Below, in pieces: positions 1-10,371 of a stretch of 64,000 nucleotides of DNA. Both the position numbers and the translations under genes were made by a program. Source of the DNA: an uncultured Bacilli bacterium (GTDB lineage: Bacteria > Bacillota_I > Bacilli_A > RFN20 > CAG-449); assembly GCA_947591215.1 (NCBI GenBank), contig CANQCZ010000004.1:1770-65769 (forward strand). Reading direction: 5' to 3'. A model generated the notes under the pieces. The model saw nothing but the letters and a program-made list of their open reading frames with translations, had not been told where the DNA came from and searched no databases. Each line of letters opens with the position of its first letter. Position 1 is the stretch's first letter.

Positions 1-378
1 TTAATTGGAATATCTTTTATATTTGATTTATTAATTCCTTTATTCATGCCTTATTCAGAAACAATCGGCAAAAAGATTATGCATTTGGGTCTTGTTTCTA
101 AAGACGGATATAGCTTAAAAAAATATTTATTGATCCCTCGTTGGTTAGCCTATATTTTCTTAGAATATTTATTAGGTATTGTCACTTTCGGCGGTCTTTT
201 CTTAATTTCTTACACGATGTTCTTATTCTGTAAGAAAAGACGTTGTATTCATGATTTTTTAAGCAACTCGGTCGTTGTTGATGCGGATAATTCCATTTTC
301 TTCAGCAACAAAAAAGAAGAAGCTTTTTATATCAATCGGCAAAAAGCCAGAGGTATAAATAATGAAACAATCGGTTAG
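1..378 (+). CDS. RDD-family-like integral membrane protein, 5' end cut by window edge
   Basis: Frame 1 is open from nt 1 (LIGISFIFDLLIPLF...). Two hydrophobic spans, then the tail CIHDFLSNSVVVD that is typical of RDD-domain proteins. Stop at 376-378. Confidence 0.5.
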   Translation, partial: LIGISFIFDLLIPLFMPYSETIGKKIMHLGLVSKDGYSLKKYLLIPRWLAYIFLEYLLGIVTFGGLFLISYTMFLFCKKRRCIHDFLSNSVVVDADNSIFFSNKKEEAFYINRQKARGINNETIG

Positions 379-1426
379 AGTTTCAAAAGCTCCGTTAAAT
401 ATACATTTAGGGGCTTACGTGCTTGACACAATAAGTTTATTTTTAATGACTTTTATTTTATATTTAACAACTTTATATGGTGTATTTGCCACATCTTTTA
501 ATTATCTTGGTAACGAAAATCAAATGCGAGAAATCGAAGATCGATACAATCTAAATTTGGATGCAAATCAAGATTATACAAAATATGAAGCTGTGATTCA
601 AAATTTTTATTTTGAAGAGTTTAGCGATGAACTTGAAACTTACTACAATGACTACTATCAAACGAATTATACAATTATCCATATTTATAACTGCAATGTT
701 TTAAGATTAGTAAGTGAACCAAATTATCAAGAATATAAAACCGACTATTATCAATATGTTCAAAATGAAGACGGCTCATTTGATGTCGATAGTCTTGCAA
801 TAAAGTTAGAGGGATCCGGAAAAGTATACGAACAAAATATGCACGATCTTTTTTACAATTCATATACCGATTTAAAAGACTACTTAAAAATATTTAACGA
901 TGATTATTTAACATTATCTATTACAAACGAAAATTATCGTCTGCTTTCGCGAATCATCGGCTTTTCTTTAAGTTTTATCACTTTATTTACGATAATTCCT
1001 CTATGCAATAAAAATAATGAAACTTTATTTCAAAGATTTTTTAAAGTTACCTACGTCAATCGTAAAAATGGGTATTTACCCGCTAAATACAAGATAATTA
1101 TTCGTCCTTTTATTTTATTTATCATCCCTTTCATCGGTGTTTGCTTAGGAACCGATAGTTCACTCATCATTCTTTCGATCGGTTTTATTTTCATTAACTT
1201 TTTATTGATTTTACTATCAAAGAATAATAAAGATCTCGCCGATCGAATGCTTTCGATTTATCCGGCTTCAAATGAAGAATCTTTGATTTTTAAAAACACA
1301 AAAGACGAAGAAGATTTTTTTAACTCTCCCGAAGGTAAAAAAATATTAGAACCCGATCTTTTAGAAAAGTTAAATAATATTAAAGATATAAGTATCATCG
1401 AAACTCCTGATAATAAAAAAATATAA
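362..1426 (+). CDS. multi-pass membrane protein with a large Y/N/E-rich loop (RDD-like ends)
   Basis: 354-aa ORF overlapping the upstream gene by 17 nt. N-terminal LGAYVLDTISLFLMTF and C-terminal TM segments flank a hydrophilic region of about 170 aa. No family recognised with certainty. Confidence 0.45.
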   Translation: MKQSVRVSKAPLNIHLGAYVLDTISLFLMTFILYLTTLYGVFATSFNYLGNENQMREIEDRYNLNLDANQDYTKYEAVIQNFYFEEFSDELETYYNDYYQTNYTIIHIYNCNVLRLVSEPNYQEYKTDYYQYVQNEDGSFDVDSLAIKLEGSGKVYEQNMHDLFYNSYTDLKDYLKIFNDDYLTLSITNENYRLLSRIIGFSLSFITLFTIIPLCNKNNETLFQRFFKVTYVNRKNGYLPAKYKIIIRPFILFIIPFIGVCLGTDSSLIILSIGFIFINFLLILLSKNNKDLADRMLSIYPASNEESLIFKNTKDEEDFFNSPEGKKILEPDLLEKLNNIKDISIIETPDNKKI

Positions 1427-1441
1427 CATCATTTAAAGCAT

Positions 1442-1483
1442 AAAAAAACTAAGAGTACTTGATGATTTCCTCTTAGTTTTTTT
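1442..1483. terminator. bidirectional rho-independent terminator between convergent genes
   Basis: A7-CTAAGAG-(14 nt loop)-CTCTTAG-T7. The A-run and T-run flank the stem, so it can work in both directions. Confidence 0.7.
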
Positions 1484-1492
1484 GTTTACCGA

Positions 1493-4150
1493 TTATAAAC
1501 TTTTATAAGCGATAATCGTTTGATACGCTCTACAATTAGTTGTCGCCGATAATGTCGTTTCTTGAACGCCTAAGTAAGTGTCAAGATAAAGCGTAAATCC
1601 GGCAAAATCGACTGTGCCTAAAGTACCAGTACCGTTATTGTGAACGATTCTATAAAGTCTATTGTTCGCGGTATCTTTGATATCATAGACAATCTGATTA
1701 TTGTTATTTACAGTAATTTGAATATTTTTGCAATCATCAGTATCTAATGATAAACCATCGACAGATGTCTTCAATTCAATTAATTTTTTGTAATTTTCAA
1801 ACATCTTTGCGTTTTTGATTTTTAATGAATAATCTAATTCGTTAACTTCATAAGACGATTCGTAAGAATTATCGTCGCCACCTTTAGTTCTTAAGAATTC
1901 TTCTCCGGCGAGCATGAATGTCGTTCCTTGTGAAGTAAAGACAATTGAGTTGGCAAGCATCGCTCCGCTCTTGGCGTTAAAGGCACTTGTAATACCTGCT
2001 GCTTCCATGCGGTCCACTAAAGTGTAATTATCGTGGCACGTGACATAGTTGACGGTTTTATTAGGATCAGCGATATTGCTATTAGTAAATCCTTTAATAC
2101 CACTTGTAATTTTCGTCATATCTGTAGCTGAGGTAGTTGAAGAAGTATTAACCCAACCTTTTTCGGTTTTGCCGCTCATACCACCTTTAATTAACGCATC
2201 TCTCATTTGATCGTTAAATTGACCATAGCCTTGATATTTGCCGCCATTGATTTGTTTGGCACTTTGAGCATCTGGCAAAGTGGAAGTTCCTCCAGTCCAA
2301 GGTTCACCATAAACACAGATGGCTGGATTGAATTCTTTAAGATTGGCAACTAATTGATCCATCGTAGTAAGATCGTGCAATCCCATCAAATCGAATCTGA
2401 AACCACCGAGTTTATATTCTTTAGCTAAGAATTCAGTGGAGTCTTTCATGAACTTTCTAAACATCGGCATTTCAGAAGCAGTTTCATTGCCGCAACCGGA
2501 ACCATTAGATAATGCATTATTTGAAGTATAGCGATAATAATAACCTGGCATTAAAACATCGAAGTTAGAACCACCAACGGCATTTACGTGATTGTAGACA
2601 ACATCCATAATGATATTGATTCCGGCTTTGTTATTTGCCATTACCAATTCTTTGAATTCTCTGATTCTTACATAGCCATCATATGGATCGGTTGAATAAC
2701 CACCTTCAAGAACATTGTAATTTAACGGATTGTATCCCCAGTTAAACTTCATGTTAGTTTCATCGTTATATTGGTCAAACACCGGTACTAATTGAACAGC
2801 ATTTACACCTAACTCTTTAATGTGATCAAAACCAGTTTTTACAGTCACATCGTCTTTAGTGTAAGTAGTACCTTCAATATAAGCGCCTTTGAAAAGTTTA
2901 GCATATTGAGCATCTTCTTCTCTTGAAGACCATGTCGTAGAAGAAGTAAGATCGCTGATGTGAGTTTCATAAACCGCTAATTGTTTACGATCATATTGAT
3001 GTGGTTCTACTTCTTCCCAACCAACTGGATTCGTATCTTTGAAATCGACGATCATGCCTCTTAAACCATTGACACCGGCTGATTTAGCGTATGGATCGAC
3101 AACTTCCTTATCTTTATATTTGCTGTTAGTAACAACGTAAGTGTAGTATTTTCCAGCTAAATCTCCGGAGACATCTATGCTAAATACACCTTTGTCTCCT
3201 TTAGTCATCTCACGTTCTTCGTAAGTATCGTCGCCCTTTTCAGTCGAGACTGAAGTCGGTGTTCCGTTATTATAAATTCTTACTTTAATTTCACTAGAAA
3301 CCGGTGACCAAACTTTGAATGTTGTCTTATCTTCGCTATAAGTAGCTCCAAGATCGTCGCCTTCATAAGTGAATTCTCGATCGAAAGTTTCAGTTTTAAA
3401 CAATTGATTAATCTCGACAGTTTTTGTAATCTTTGTATCATCGGCACTAAACGTCACTTCAACTTTATAAGTATTGGTTAATGACGCAGGATGATCTTCT
3501 GTGAATTCATAAGTAAATGTCTGCGTGTCAGTATCAACACTAACATCTGCTATTACATCTTCATTTTCGTATATTTTATAATTTTTAATTGGTCCACTTG
3601 TTTGAAAGGTAATCTTATTTTCACTAACAAATTTTGGGGAGATAATATCATTTCTTTCAACTTCACTTGCATCCGTATAAATGGTCGGATCGTTAGTTTT
3701 CAAGTACACATGATAGGTGTCAGACGCATCCTTATTTAATTGTGAAAAATAAATGGTTCTATCACTTTCAACATCTTTTTGTGCCCAGCTTCCTTTTGAC
3801 TTAACAATAATTCCTAAATTCTTAGTTAAAACATTTGCACTCCAATTCGTAAGTGAAATCTGCGCATAAGCTCCATAATCATCGGTACTAGTAAATTGAT
3901 ACTCCTTACCATCAGTACCTCCCATTTCCCAAAGCCACAAGGCCCAACCACTATAGTCATTATCAAATCGATAATAGTGAATACTAATCGATTGCCCTTC
4001 TAAAGGATGGGGTTCAGATGGTCCGGTTGAAGTTGGCACTGATGAAGGTGGGGTTGACGATGAAGACGGCGAATCGTTAGAATCGCCATTACAACCAGCA
4101 AGACCCAAGGTCATCAAAGCTACTAAACCGAAAATAAATTTTTTCTTCAT
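1493..4150 (-). CDS. pulA: type I pullulanase (GH13) lipoprotein
   Basis: Lipobox LGLAGC followed by an S/P-rich linker. GH13 conserved regions DVVYNHV, GGFRFDLMG, YGEPW and YVTCHDN. Pullulanase-type N-terminal carbohydrate-binding modules. AAGGAG RBS. Confidence 0.9.
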   Translation of the reverse strand: MKKKFIFGLVALMTLGLAGCNGDSNDSPSSSSTPPSSVPTSTGPSEPHPLEGQSISIHYYRFDNDYSGWALWLWEMGGTDGKEYQFTSTDDYGAYAQISLTNWSANVLTKNLGIIVKSKGSWAQKDVESDRTIYFSQLNKDASDTYHVYLKTNDPTIYTDASEVERNDIISPKFVSENKITFQTSGPIKNYKIYENEDVIADVSVDTDTQTFTYEFTEDHPASLTNTYKVEVTFSADDTKITKTVEINQLFKTETFDREFTYEGDDLGATYSEDKTTFKVWSPVSSEIKVRIYNNGTPTSVSTEKGDDTYEEREMTKGDKGVFSIDVSGDLAGKYYTYVVTNSKYKDKEVVDPYAKSAGVNGLRGMIVDFKDTNPVGWEEVEPHQYDRKQLAVYETHISDLTSSTTWSSREEDAQYAKLFKGAYIEGTTYTKDDVTVKTGFDHIKELGVNAVQLVPVFDQYNDETNMKFNWGYNPLNYNVLEGGYSTDPYDGYVRIREFKELVMANNKAGINIIMDVVYNHVNAVGGSNFDVLMPGYYYRYTSNNALSNGSGCGNETASEMPMFRKFMKDSTEFLAKEYKLGGFRFDLMGLHDLTTMDQLVANLKEFNPAICVYGEPWTGGTSTLPDAQSAKQINGGKYQGYGQFNDQMRDALIKGGMSGKTEKGWVNTSSTTSATDMTKITSGIKGFTNSNIADPNKTVNYVTCHDNYTLVDRMEAAGITSAFNAKSGAMLANSIVFTSQGTTFMLAGEEFLRTKGGDDNSYESSYEVNELDYSLKIKNAKMFENYKKLIELKTSVDGLSLDTDDCKNIQITVNNNNQIVYDIKDTANNRLYRIVHNNGTGTLGTVDFAGFTLYLDTYLGVQETTLSATTNCRAYQTIIAYKSL

Positions 4151-4264
4151 TTCTTTGTCTCCTTGATATAATTTTATTTTATCATTATTTGTATTTTAAA
4201 AAAAGGGGCATTTATAGCTTTTTATATTCTAAAAAATTTAAAGAAATGTTATAATACCTACGTT

Positions 4265-4759
4265 ATGAAATTAAAAGTTTATCGATATGCACTTTTATCT
4301 AGTTTAATCGTTATTTTAGGGTTTAATGTCCTTTTTTTAACATTGGACATCGTCAATTTGGTTCAAAACGGCGCAGATAATATTTTTGATGAAATAATGT
4401 ATATCTTGTGTCTTGTATTGGCTTTATGTTTCATTGGCTTACAAGTATATAACACCATTATTTCTTTTAAAAAAGGAAGCATGTTTATAAAAAATCTCGC
4501 CTATAACGATGATAATTCTTTAAATGATCGTTTTTTAAAACTTTTAGGAATCGCTGATGTGATTCTATTTGCTTTATTAATATATTCAATACTTCTTTAT
4601 TGTGGGGTTTCTCTTCCTTTAAAAGATCTTTCTCAACCGATAAAATCAATTATGGTTACTTTTATCTCAATACTATTTATCGATGCTTTATTTATTTTGC
4701 TTTTTCCATTATTAGGCAAAGATGATCCCGCTTTTTCTAAAGCAAAAAAGAGAAAATAA
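4265..4759 (+). CDS. hypothetical 4-TM membrane protein
   Basis: 164-aa ORF with four hydrophobic segments and TGTTATAAT (extended -10) about 15 nt upstream. No recognisable family. Confidence 0.5.
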   Translation: MKLKVYRYALLSSLIVILGFNVLFLTLDIVNLVQNGADNIFDEIMYILCLVLALCFIGLQVYNTIISFKKGSMFIKNLAYNDDNSLNDRFLKLLGIADVILFALLIYSILLYCGVSLPLKDLSQPIKSIMVTFISILFIDALFILLFPLLGKDDPAFSKAKKRK

Positions 4760-4818
4760 ATTCAAATTTCAATTTATTAACTATATAAAAATAATCTTTA
4801 TTTTACGGATACGCTATT

Positions 4819-4848
4819 AAAAAACCGCTAAATGAATTAGCGGTTTTT
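4819..4848. terminator. bidirectional rho-independent terminator
   Basis: A6-CCGCTAA-atgaa-TTAGCGG-T5 between convergent genes. Confidence 0.75.
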
Positions 4849-4853
4849 AGTTT

Positions 4854-6533
4854 TTATTTAAGAATAACTGTTGAAAGTCTTCCGATCTTCAATTTGCCTT
4901 GTGAAAGTTCCGGTGTCAATTGCGTACATGATACTTCATCAAGCATTTCAGTCGCAAAGTCAGAAACATCTATTTCAACGTTTTTAGTCTCAAAATTATG
5001 AATTACAATGATATAATCATCATTTAAACTTAATTTATAAGCGAGAACATGATCATAATCTTGATTTACCTTAGTTGTTAAATTAGTAAATATACTTTGC
5101 TTTAAGAATGGATATTTATTACGAATATTAATCACTTTCTTATAATGATTTAATAGTGAAAATCCTTCTTCTTGAGCATCTAAAACGCCTTCTTCGACTT
5201 GTTCCGTGTCATCAAGATCTAATCGATTCCGTTCGGGGAATTGGCATTCACCTGTTTTATCGGTCTTTGACCAAATCATCGGCAATCTTCTTTTAGCATC
5301 GCTTAAATCGTCAGGTGTCGTATTTCGTTTCCCCTTAAGCATAATTTCTTCGCCATAGTACATAAATGGAGTTCCCGGAAGCAAATATGTTAATGACGCT
5401 GCCATTTTTGCATAGTATCCTGTAAAGGAATTTGAAGCACGGTCCATATCGTGATTTGACAAAAAATACGATGAATATCCATTAGAATTTTTCTCTTTTA
5501 AAATTCGTTCTTGGCTTTCGATCGTTTCACCAAATTTATTTGAAGAAATCAATGCTTTAACTTGGCGCAAAATCGAATCATCTCCATTGCTTTCTAGAGA
5601 AGCGTTGAATTTAAAAAATGAATCGCATTTTGATGTGTAATAATTGTTAATAACATTAATAGGATCCCAACATTCTCCGACAAAATAAACCGATGGTTTG
5701 TATTCACATATTTTTTCTTTTAAATAAGTTAAGAATTGTGAATTATAAGAGGTATTTCCGTAATCGAAATATTTTACGGCATCAAATCTAAAACCATCAA
5801 CTCCACGATCGACCCAAAACTTTAAAATATTTACCATTTCTTGGCGAACTTCTTCATTCTCGGTGTTAAAATCCGGCATCGATGAATCGAATCTTGATTC
5901 ATAAAAAACATTGCCGTATCTTGAAAAACCGGTTTTAAACTCTTGAGACCACACATACCAATCAGCTTTAGAATCAGCGCTTTGATTATTATTAACATAA
6001 TCATTATGTGAGTCAATAAACCATTGATTGTAGGTGCTTGAATGATTAAACACAATATCGATCATGACATCAATATGGTATTTTTCCGCTTCTTCAGTAA
6101 GCGCAATAAAATCATCCATAGTTCCATAATCGGGATTTACATCATAATAATCCTTAACATCATAACCATGATATGACGGGGAAGGCATAATCGGCATTAA
6201 CCAAATGGTTTTAATACCTAAATCTGCAAGGTACGGAAGTTTTTCTTTTACTCCGTTAAAATCTCCGGTTTTATCTCCGTCTGAATCATAAAAACTTCTT
6301 ACAAAAATTTCATAACTTACAGAACCATTTTCATTGGTACTTTGTTCATCAAATTGGTAATTAGTTCCACTATATTTTTGTAAATCAATTCTCTTATTTT
6401 CACTACTACTATTCTCTCCTCCACAATCCTCGAACATGTCATCACAACCTTCATTAGGATTGCTATTATTACAAGAAACTAGTGCTGAAAGTGAAAAAAG
6501 AGATGTAAGTATAAATACAAATCTCTTTTTCAT
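4854..6533 (-). CDS. GH13 alpha-amylase-family lipoprotein (extracellular alpha-glucan hydrolase)
   Basis: Lipobox LSALVSC. GH13 regions DVMIDIVFNHSS, GVDGFRFDAVKY, FVGECWD and FLSNHDMDR. Confidence 0.85.
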   Translation of the reverse strand: MKKRFVFILTSLFSLSALVSCNNSNPNEGCDDMFEDCGGENSSSENKRIDLQKYSGTNYQFDEQSTNENGSVSYEIFVRSFYDSDGDKTGDFNGVKEKLPYLADLGIKTIWLMPIMPSPSYHGYDVKDYYDVNPDYGTMDDFIALTEEAEKYHIDVMIDIVFNHSSTYNQWFIDSHNDYVNNNQSADSKADWYVWSQEFKTGFSRYGNVFYESRFDSSMPDFNTENEEVRQEMVNILKFWVDRGVDGFRFDAVKYFDYGNTSYNSQFLTYLKEKICEYKPSVYFVGECWDPINVINNYYTSKCDSFFKFNASLESNGDDSILRQVKALISSNKFGETIESQERILKEKNSNGYSSYFLSNHDMDRASNSFTGYYAKMAASLTYLLPGTPFMYYGEEIMLKGKRNTTPDDLSDAKRRLPMIWSKTDKTGECQFPERNRLDLDDTEQVEEGVLDAQEEGFSLLNHYKKVINIRNKYPFLKQSIFTNLTTKVNQDYDHVLAYKLSLNDDYIIVIHNFETKNVEIDVSDFATEMLDEVSCTQLTPELSQGKLKIGRLSTVILK

Positions 6534-6541
6534 AATTAATC

Positions 6542-7435
6542 CTATCCTTTAACTGCGCCACCCGTAACGCCTGATACATAATATTTTTGCAGTGCGAAGA
6601 ACAACAATGTAATCGGTAATCCGACACACACAGCTCCAGCCGCGAATTGCGTATAGTAAGAGGCCGCGATATCTTGTCCTGTAGTGAATTGATATAAACC
6701 AATAGCCACAGTCCAGTTTTCAGTATTTTGAAGTCCGATGATGTAAGAGGATGTTACGTAATCTCCCCATGGTCCCATAAAACTTGTTAAAACTGTATAA
6801 ACGATAATCGGTTTAGCAAGTGGTAAGATAATTTGCCAGAAAATTTGACTTTTTGAAGCACCATCTATCATCGCCGCTTCATCGATATTCTTAGATATCG
6901 TGTCGAAGAAACCCTTAGCGATATAGTATCCTCCGCCGGCACCGGCCGAATAAATGATTACTAATGACATATAATTTCCTTGCAAATGGAATATATCACG
7001 CATTACCCAATACATAATAATCATACTCAAGAATCCGGGGAACATACCGATAACGAGATTTACTTTCATAAAAATCGTTCTAGCCTTAAATCTGAATCTT
7101 GAAAGCGCGTAAGCTGTACCTAAAACAAATAATGTTGAAATTAAGCAAGATAGAACAGCGACGATAAGCGTATTACAGAACCATCCAAAGAAGTATCCAT
7201 CTAAAGAATGGTTTGAACCACGAGGATTCGTTATTCCTGTAAAATTACTAAATAAGTAAAGATAATTATTGAAAGTAAATTCACTTGGAATCAATCTCGC
7301 TTTGTCACCAATGCTGCCCCCGAATGATTGGAGAATAATCCAAACAATCGGAAGAAGCCAAACGATCGACATGAGAGCTAAAATTATATAAATAATTGTG
7401 TTCGAAATAATTCGACCTGTTTTTAAACTTTTCAT
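6542..7435 (-). CDS. carbohydrate ABC transporter permease (MalG-like)
   Basis: Six TM segments and the EAA loop DEAAMIDGASKSQIFWQIILPLAKP. It directly follows the MalF-like gene. Confidence 0.85.
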   Translation of the reverse strand: MKSLKTGRIISNTIIYIILALMSIVWLLPIVWIILQSFGGSIGDKARLIPSEFTFNNYLYLFSNFTGITNPRGSNHSLDGYFFGWFCNTLIVAVLSCLISTLFVLGTAYALSRFRFKARTIFMKVNLVIGMFPGFLSMIIMYWVMRDIFHLQGNYMSLVIIYSAGAGGGYYIAKGFFDTISKNIDEAAMIDGASKSQIFWQIILPLAKPIIVYTVLTSFMGPWGDYVTSSYIIGLQNTENWTVAIGLYQFTTGQDIAASYYTQFAAGAVCVGLPITLLFFALQKYYVSGVTGGAVKG

Positions 7436-7436
7436 A

Positions 7437-10295
7437 TTATTGGAATTGATCCTCCTCTTTAATAGAATTACTCTTGTTGTACATTACAATCGAAATAAAT
7501 GAACAAATGATGAAGATTACAATACCGATAGTACTAGCAATACCATATTGCGGATTGTTTGTCGATGTAATGATTTTATATAAGAATGTAATCAATAAGT
7601 CGGTTTGTCCTAAACCTAATAATGCGGATCCGGTAATAGCCGGGCCACCACCAGTCAAGAAAAAGATGACGTTGAAGTTATTGATATTTCCAACAAATTG
7701 AGTAATCAAGTATGGACCAGTGACGAATAAGATGTACGGCATAGTAATTTTGGTAAATTGAGTTACTGCACCGGCGCCATCAACTCTCGCTGATTCGTAT
7801 AAATCTTTTGGAATATTCAATAAGATACCGGTTGTCGAAAGAATCGTATACGGAATACCAACCCAAATATTAACTAAGATAATAATAATCTTGGTGATTA
7901 ATACGCCTTGTGCCGTTGTAGAAGAGCCAAAACCCAATTTAGTTCCAAACGTTTGCACATATAAAGTTCCAACCGCTCCAGTATCCTTAAGTAATGTTGC
8001 AATTGAAAGTAACGAAATGAATTGAGGAATAGCTACTGTCATCATGAAGATGGTTCTCCATAATTTCTTTAATTTTATTCCTTCTTTATTGATTAATAAT
8101 GCGACAACAATACCTAAGATGTAGTTAGAGAAAGTAGCAACGATTGCCCAAATCAAGGTCCATTGAACCGTTCTCATCAATGCCGAAGGTAAATATAGAT
8201 AAGGAGAATTTTCAGGTGGATTGAATAAAGTAAAGAAATTCTCAAGTCCGGTCCAAGTAAATAATTGAGTCGGCGGAATATGACCTTGCGAATAGTTTGT
8301 AAAGGCGACAAGGATCGAGAATAATAACGGCATAATTGAAATAAACAACATGCCCACTACCGGGAAGAATAAAATCGTGACATGGAATTTATCATTGAAT
8401 AAACCTTTAACAGTTTCAATAAATGATTTAGACTTGCCGACATATTTATCAGGATGTGCGGTAAGATATTCATCTTTTTGATTCTTGAGTTCGTTGAGTT
8501 TTTGCGCTACTTCTTCTTCAGATAAGAATCTCTTTTCTTTTTTATCCTCAGTAATAAATAACGCCTTTGCGAATTTAACCGCTTCTTTATATTCTAATTT
8601 ATAATCAAGGATCATCATATCGACTACTTCTTGAAAAGCAAATTCTTCACTTGTATAATTAGTCTTTAAGAATTTCTTATCGCGAATATAGGCGTTTTTA
8701 GATTCCTTAATTTCTTCTTTTTCCAATAATTTAATGTTTTTATCGGTCGGCAAATCATTTAATCGCCTCATAATCAAGGTTGTTTCATCAACCAATTTGG
8801 CTTTGGCTTCTAACAAGAGTTCTTCCATATTCGGCTCTTGAGCAGCTTTAATGGCATTAACCGATTCTTTATATGTGGTTTTAACTTGATTCAATTCATC
8901 ATTGAGTGCTTTTTTCTTTTCACGAATCTCATCAAAATTAGCTCTGGTTTTATTGATTTTTTCATTCATTTCTTTTCCAAGATCAACAATTGCCTGAGCG
9001 TTTTCTTGATTCTTTTCCTTATTTTTATCTAATCGTGATAAATAACGTTCTTTGAACTCGTTATAATGGGTGTAAAAGAGAATGTTAGAATCAAGATTTG
9101 CAACATGTTTATAGTAATCATTAAATTTACCATATTTATCATTGTTTTTAGTATGTTGCATTTCGACATAAGTAGAATATCTCTTGTTGATTTCTTCTAA
9201 AACATGTAGCTGTTTGCTAATTTTTTTATCGCTATGAGCAACCTTTAGCATAGTTTTGTTGTCGTATTTTTCAAGAGAAGCTTCTAATTTTTCAAGATAT
9301 AATTCATCGTCCCCAGTATATGCGGCACGCTTTTGCTCATATTTAGCCTTTTGAATTTCATATCCTTTAGCACGCTGTGCAACTAAAACTTCCTTGCGTT
9401 TTTTAAGTCTTTCGATAACTTTTTCTTGTTTTTGTACTTTTTTAAAATGTTTAAATGAATGACGACAATTGTTAATTAAAAGATATCTCGTGTAATCACG
9501 TTCTTGAACGTCTTCAATTTTTGAAACATACTCTTCGATTTCAACTTTTTTCGATTTTAAGAAGTTAGCTGAACTTACGCCCTCATCAAAAGCAGTTTTA
9601 GCTTCTTCGTCAAAGCGTTTTGAAATTTCAATGTTCTTTTTATCGATTTCTTCAAATTTAATAAATTCATCGATACGATAGTTATAATAACCGCTATCGA
9701 TGCTTCTGTTCCAAATATAAAGGAATAATCCAATCGACAAAATCCATAGCAATCCGTAAATTAAGATCATGATCGAGTTATCACCAGCAACCCAATCGCA
9801 GAACATTTCGTCTTCACAACTTGGATCAGAACCAGGAGTCACAAGACCTAATCTTCCGGCTGTCAACATATAGATAGCATTGACCCCAAAGATTGCAAAC
9901 ATCAAGATGTAGACTACTTCGAATAAGGCAAATAAAACACCATTCGTGTATTGCTTATGAGAGAATGATGAATAACCGAATAAGAAGTAGGATAATCTTC
10001 CGGCTTTATCATTATATTTAAATTGGTGAACTTTTCTTTTAAAGAAATTCACTATTCCAATGGCGCCATTATAAATACCCACTCCGATAATTTTAATGAA
10101 ATGGAAAATGGAACTGAACATTGAGAAAATTAAGTCTAAAAGCCAGTAAACTCCCTTCCAAATTGCATTTAAAACTGAAGTGAAAAAGTAAACAGCAGGA
10201 CTAATAGGATGAACTTTTTTGGTAAAGACACCATTTAATTCGGTGCTTTCCTTTTCATTTGAGTCTTGAATTTCATCTTTAGTATCTTTATTCAT
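7437..10295 (-). CDS. carbohydrate ABC transporter permease (MalF-like) with a roughly 640-aa N-terminal extension
   Basis: The C-terminal ~320 aa form a standard permease core (EAA loop YESARVDGAGAVTQFTKITMPYILF). The N-terminus has 4 TM segments plus a K/E-rich stretch of about 430 aa that looks like coiled coil. Start chosen at the second Met (10295) because AAGGAGAG lies 7 nt upstream. The track ORF starts at 10325, inside a terminator hairpin. Confidence 0.8.
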   Translation of the reverse strand: MNKDTKDEIQDSNEKESTELNGVFTKKVHPISPAVYFFTSVLNAIWKGVYWLLDLIFSMFSSIFHFIKIIGVGIYNGAIGIVNFFKRKVHQFKYNDKAGRLSYFLFGYSSFSHKQYTNGVLFALFEVVYILMFAIFGVNAIYMLTAGRLGLVTPGSDPSCEDEMFCDWVAGDNSIMILIYGLLWILSIGLFLYIWNRSIDSGYYNYRIDEFIKFEEIDKKNIEISKRFDEEAKTAFDEGVSSANFLKSKKVEIEEYVSKIEDVQERDYTRYLLINNCRHSFKHFKKVQKQEKVIERLKKRKEVLVAQRAKGYEIQKAKYEQKRAAYTGDDELYLEKLEASLEKYDNKTMLKVAHSDKKISKQLHVLEEINKRYSTYVEMQHTKNNDKYGKFNDYYKHVANLDSNILFYTHYNEFKERYLSRLDKNKEKNQENAQAIVDLGKEMNEKINKTRANFDEIREKKKALNDELNQVKTTYKESVNAIKAAQEPNMEELLLEAKAKLVDETTLIMRRLNDLPTDKNIKLLEKEEIKESKNAYIRDKKFLKTNYTSEEFAFQEVVDMMILDYKLEYKEAVKFAKALFITEDKKEKRFLSEEEVAQKLNELKNQKDEYLTAHPDKYVGKSKSFIETVKGLFNDKFHVTILFFPVVGMLFISIMPLLFSILVAFTNYSQGHIPPTQLFTWTGLENFFTLFNPPENSPYLYLPSALMRTVQWTLIWAIVATFSNYILGIVVALLINKEGIKLKKLWRTIFMMTVAIPQFISLLSIATLLKDTGAVGTLYVQTFGTKLGFGSSTTAQGVLITKIIIILVNIWVGIPYTILSTTGILLNIPKDLYESARVDGAGAVTQFTKITMPYILFVTGPYLITQFVGNINNFNVIFFLTGGGPAITGSALLGLGQTDLLITFLYKIITSTNNPQYGIASTIGIVIFIICSFISIVMYNKSNSIKEEDQFQ

Positions 10296-10312
10296 ATCAT
10301 TACTCTCCTTCG

Positions 10313-10352
10313 AAAAAAAATTCATTTAGGAGGAGGATTGCTCCTCCTAAAT
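10313..10352 (-). terminator. intercistronic rho-independent terminator/attenuator between the binding-protein and permease genes
   Basis: On the minus strand: ATTTAGGAGGAG-caatc-CTCCTCCTAAAT, a perfect 12-bp stem, followed by GAATTTTTTTT. Confidence 0.65.
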
Positions 10353-10371
10353 GAATATATGGTTCAAAAAA

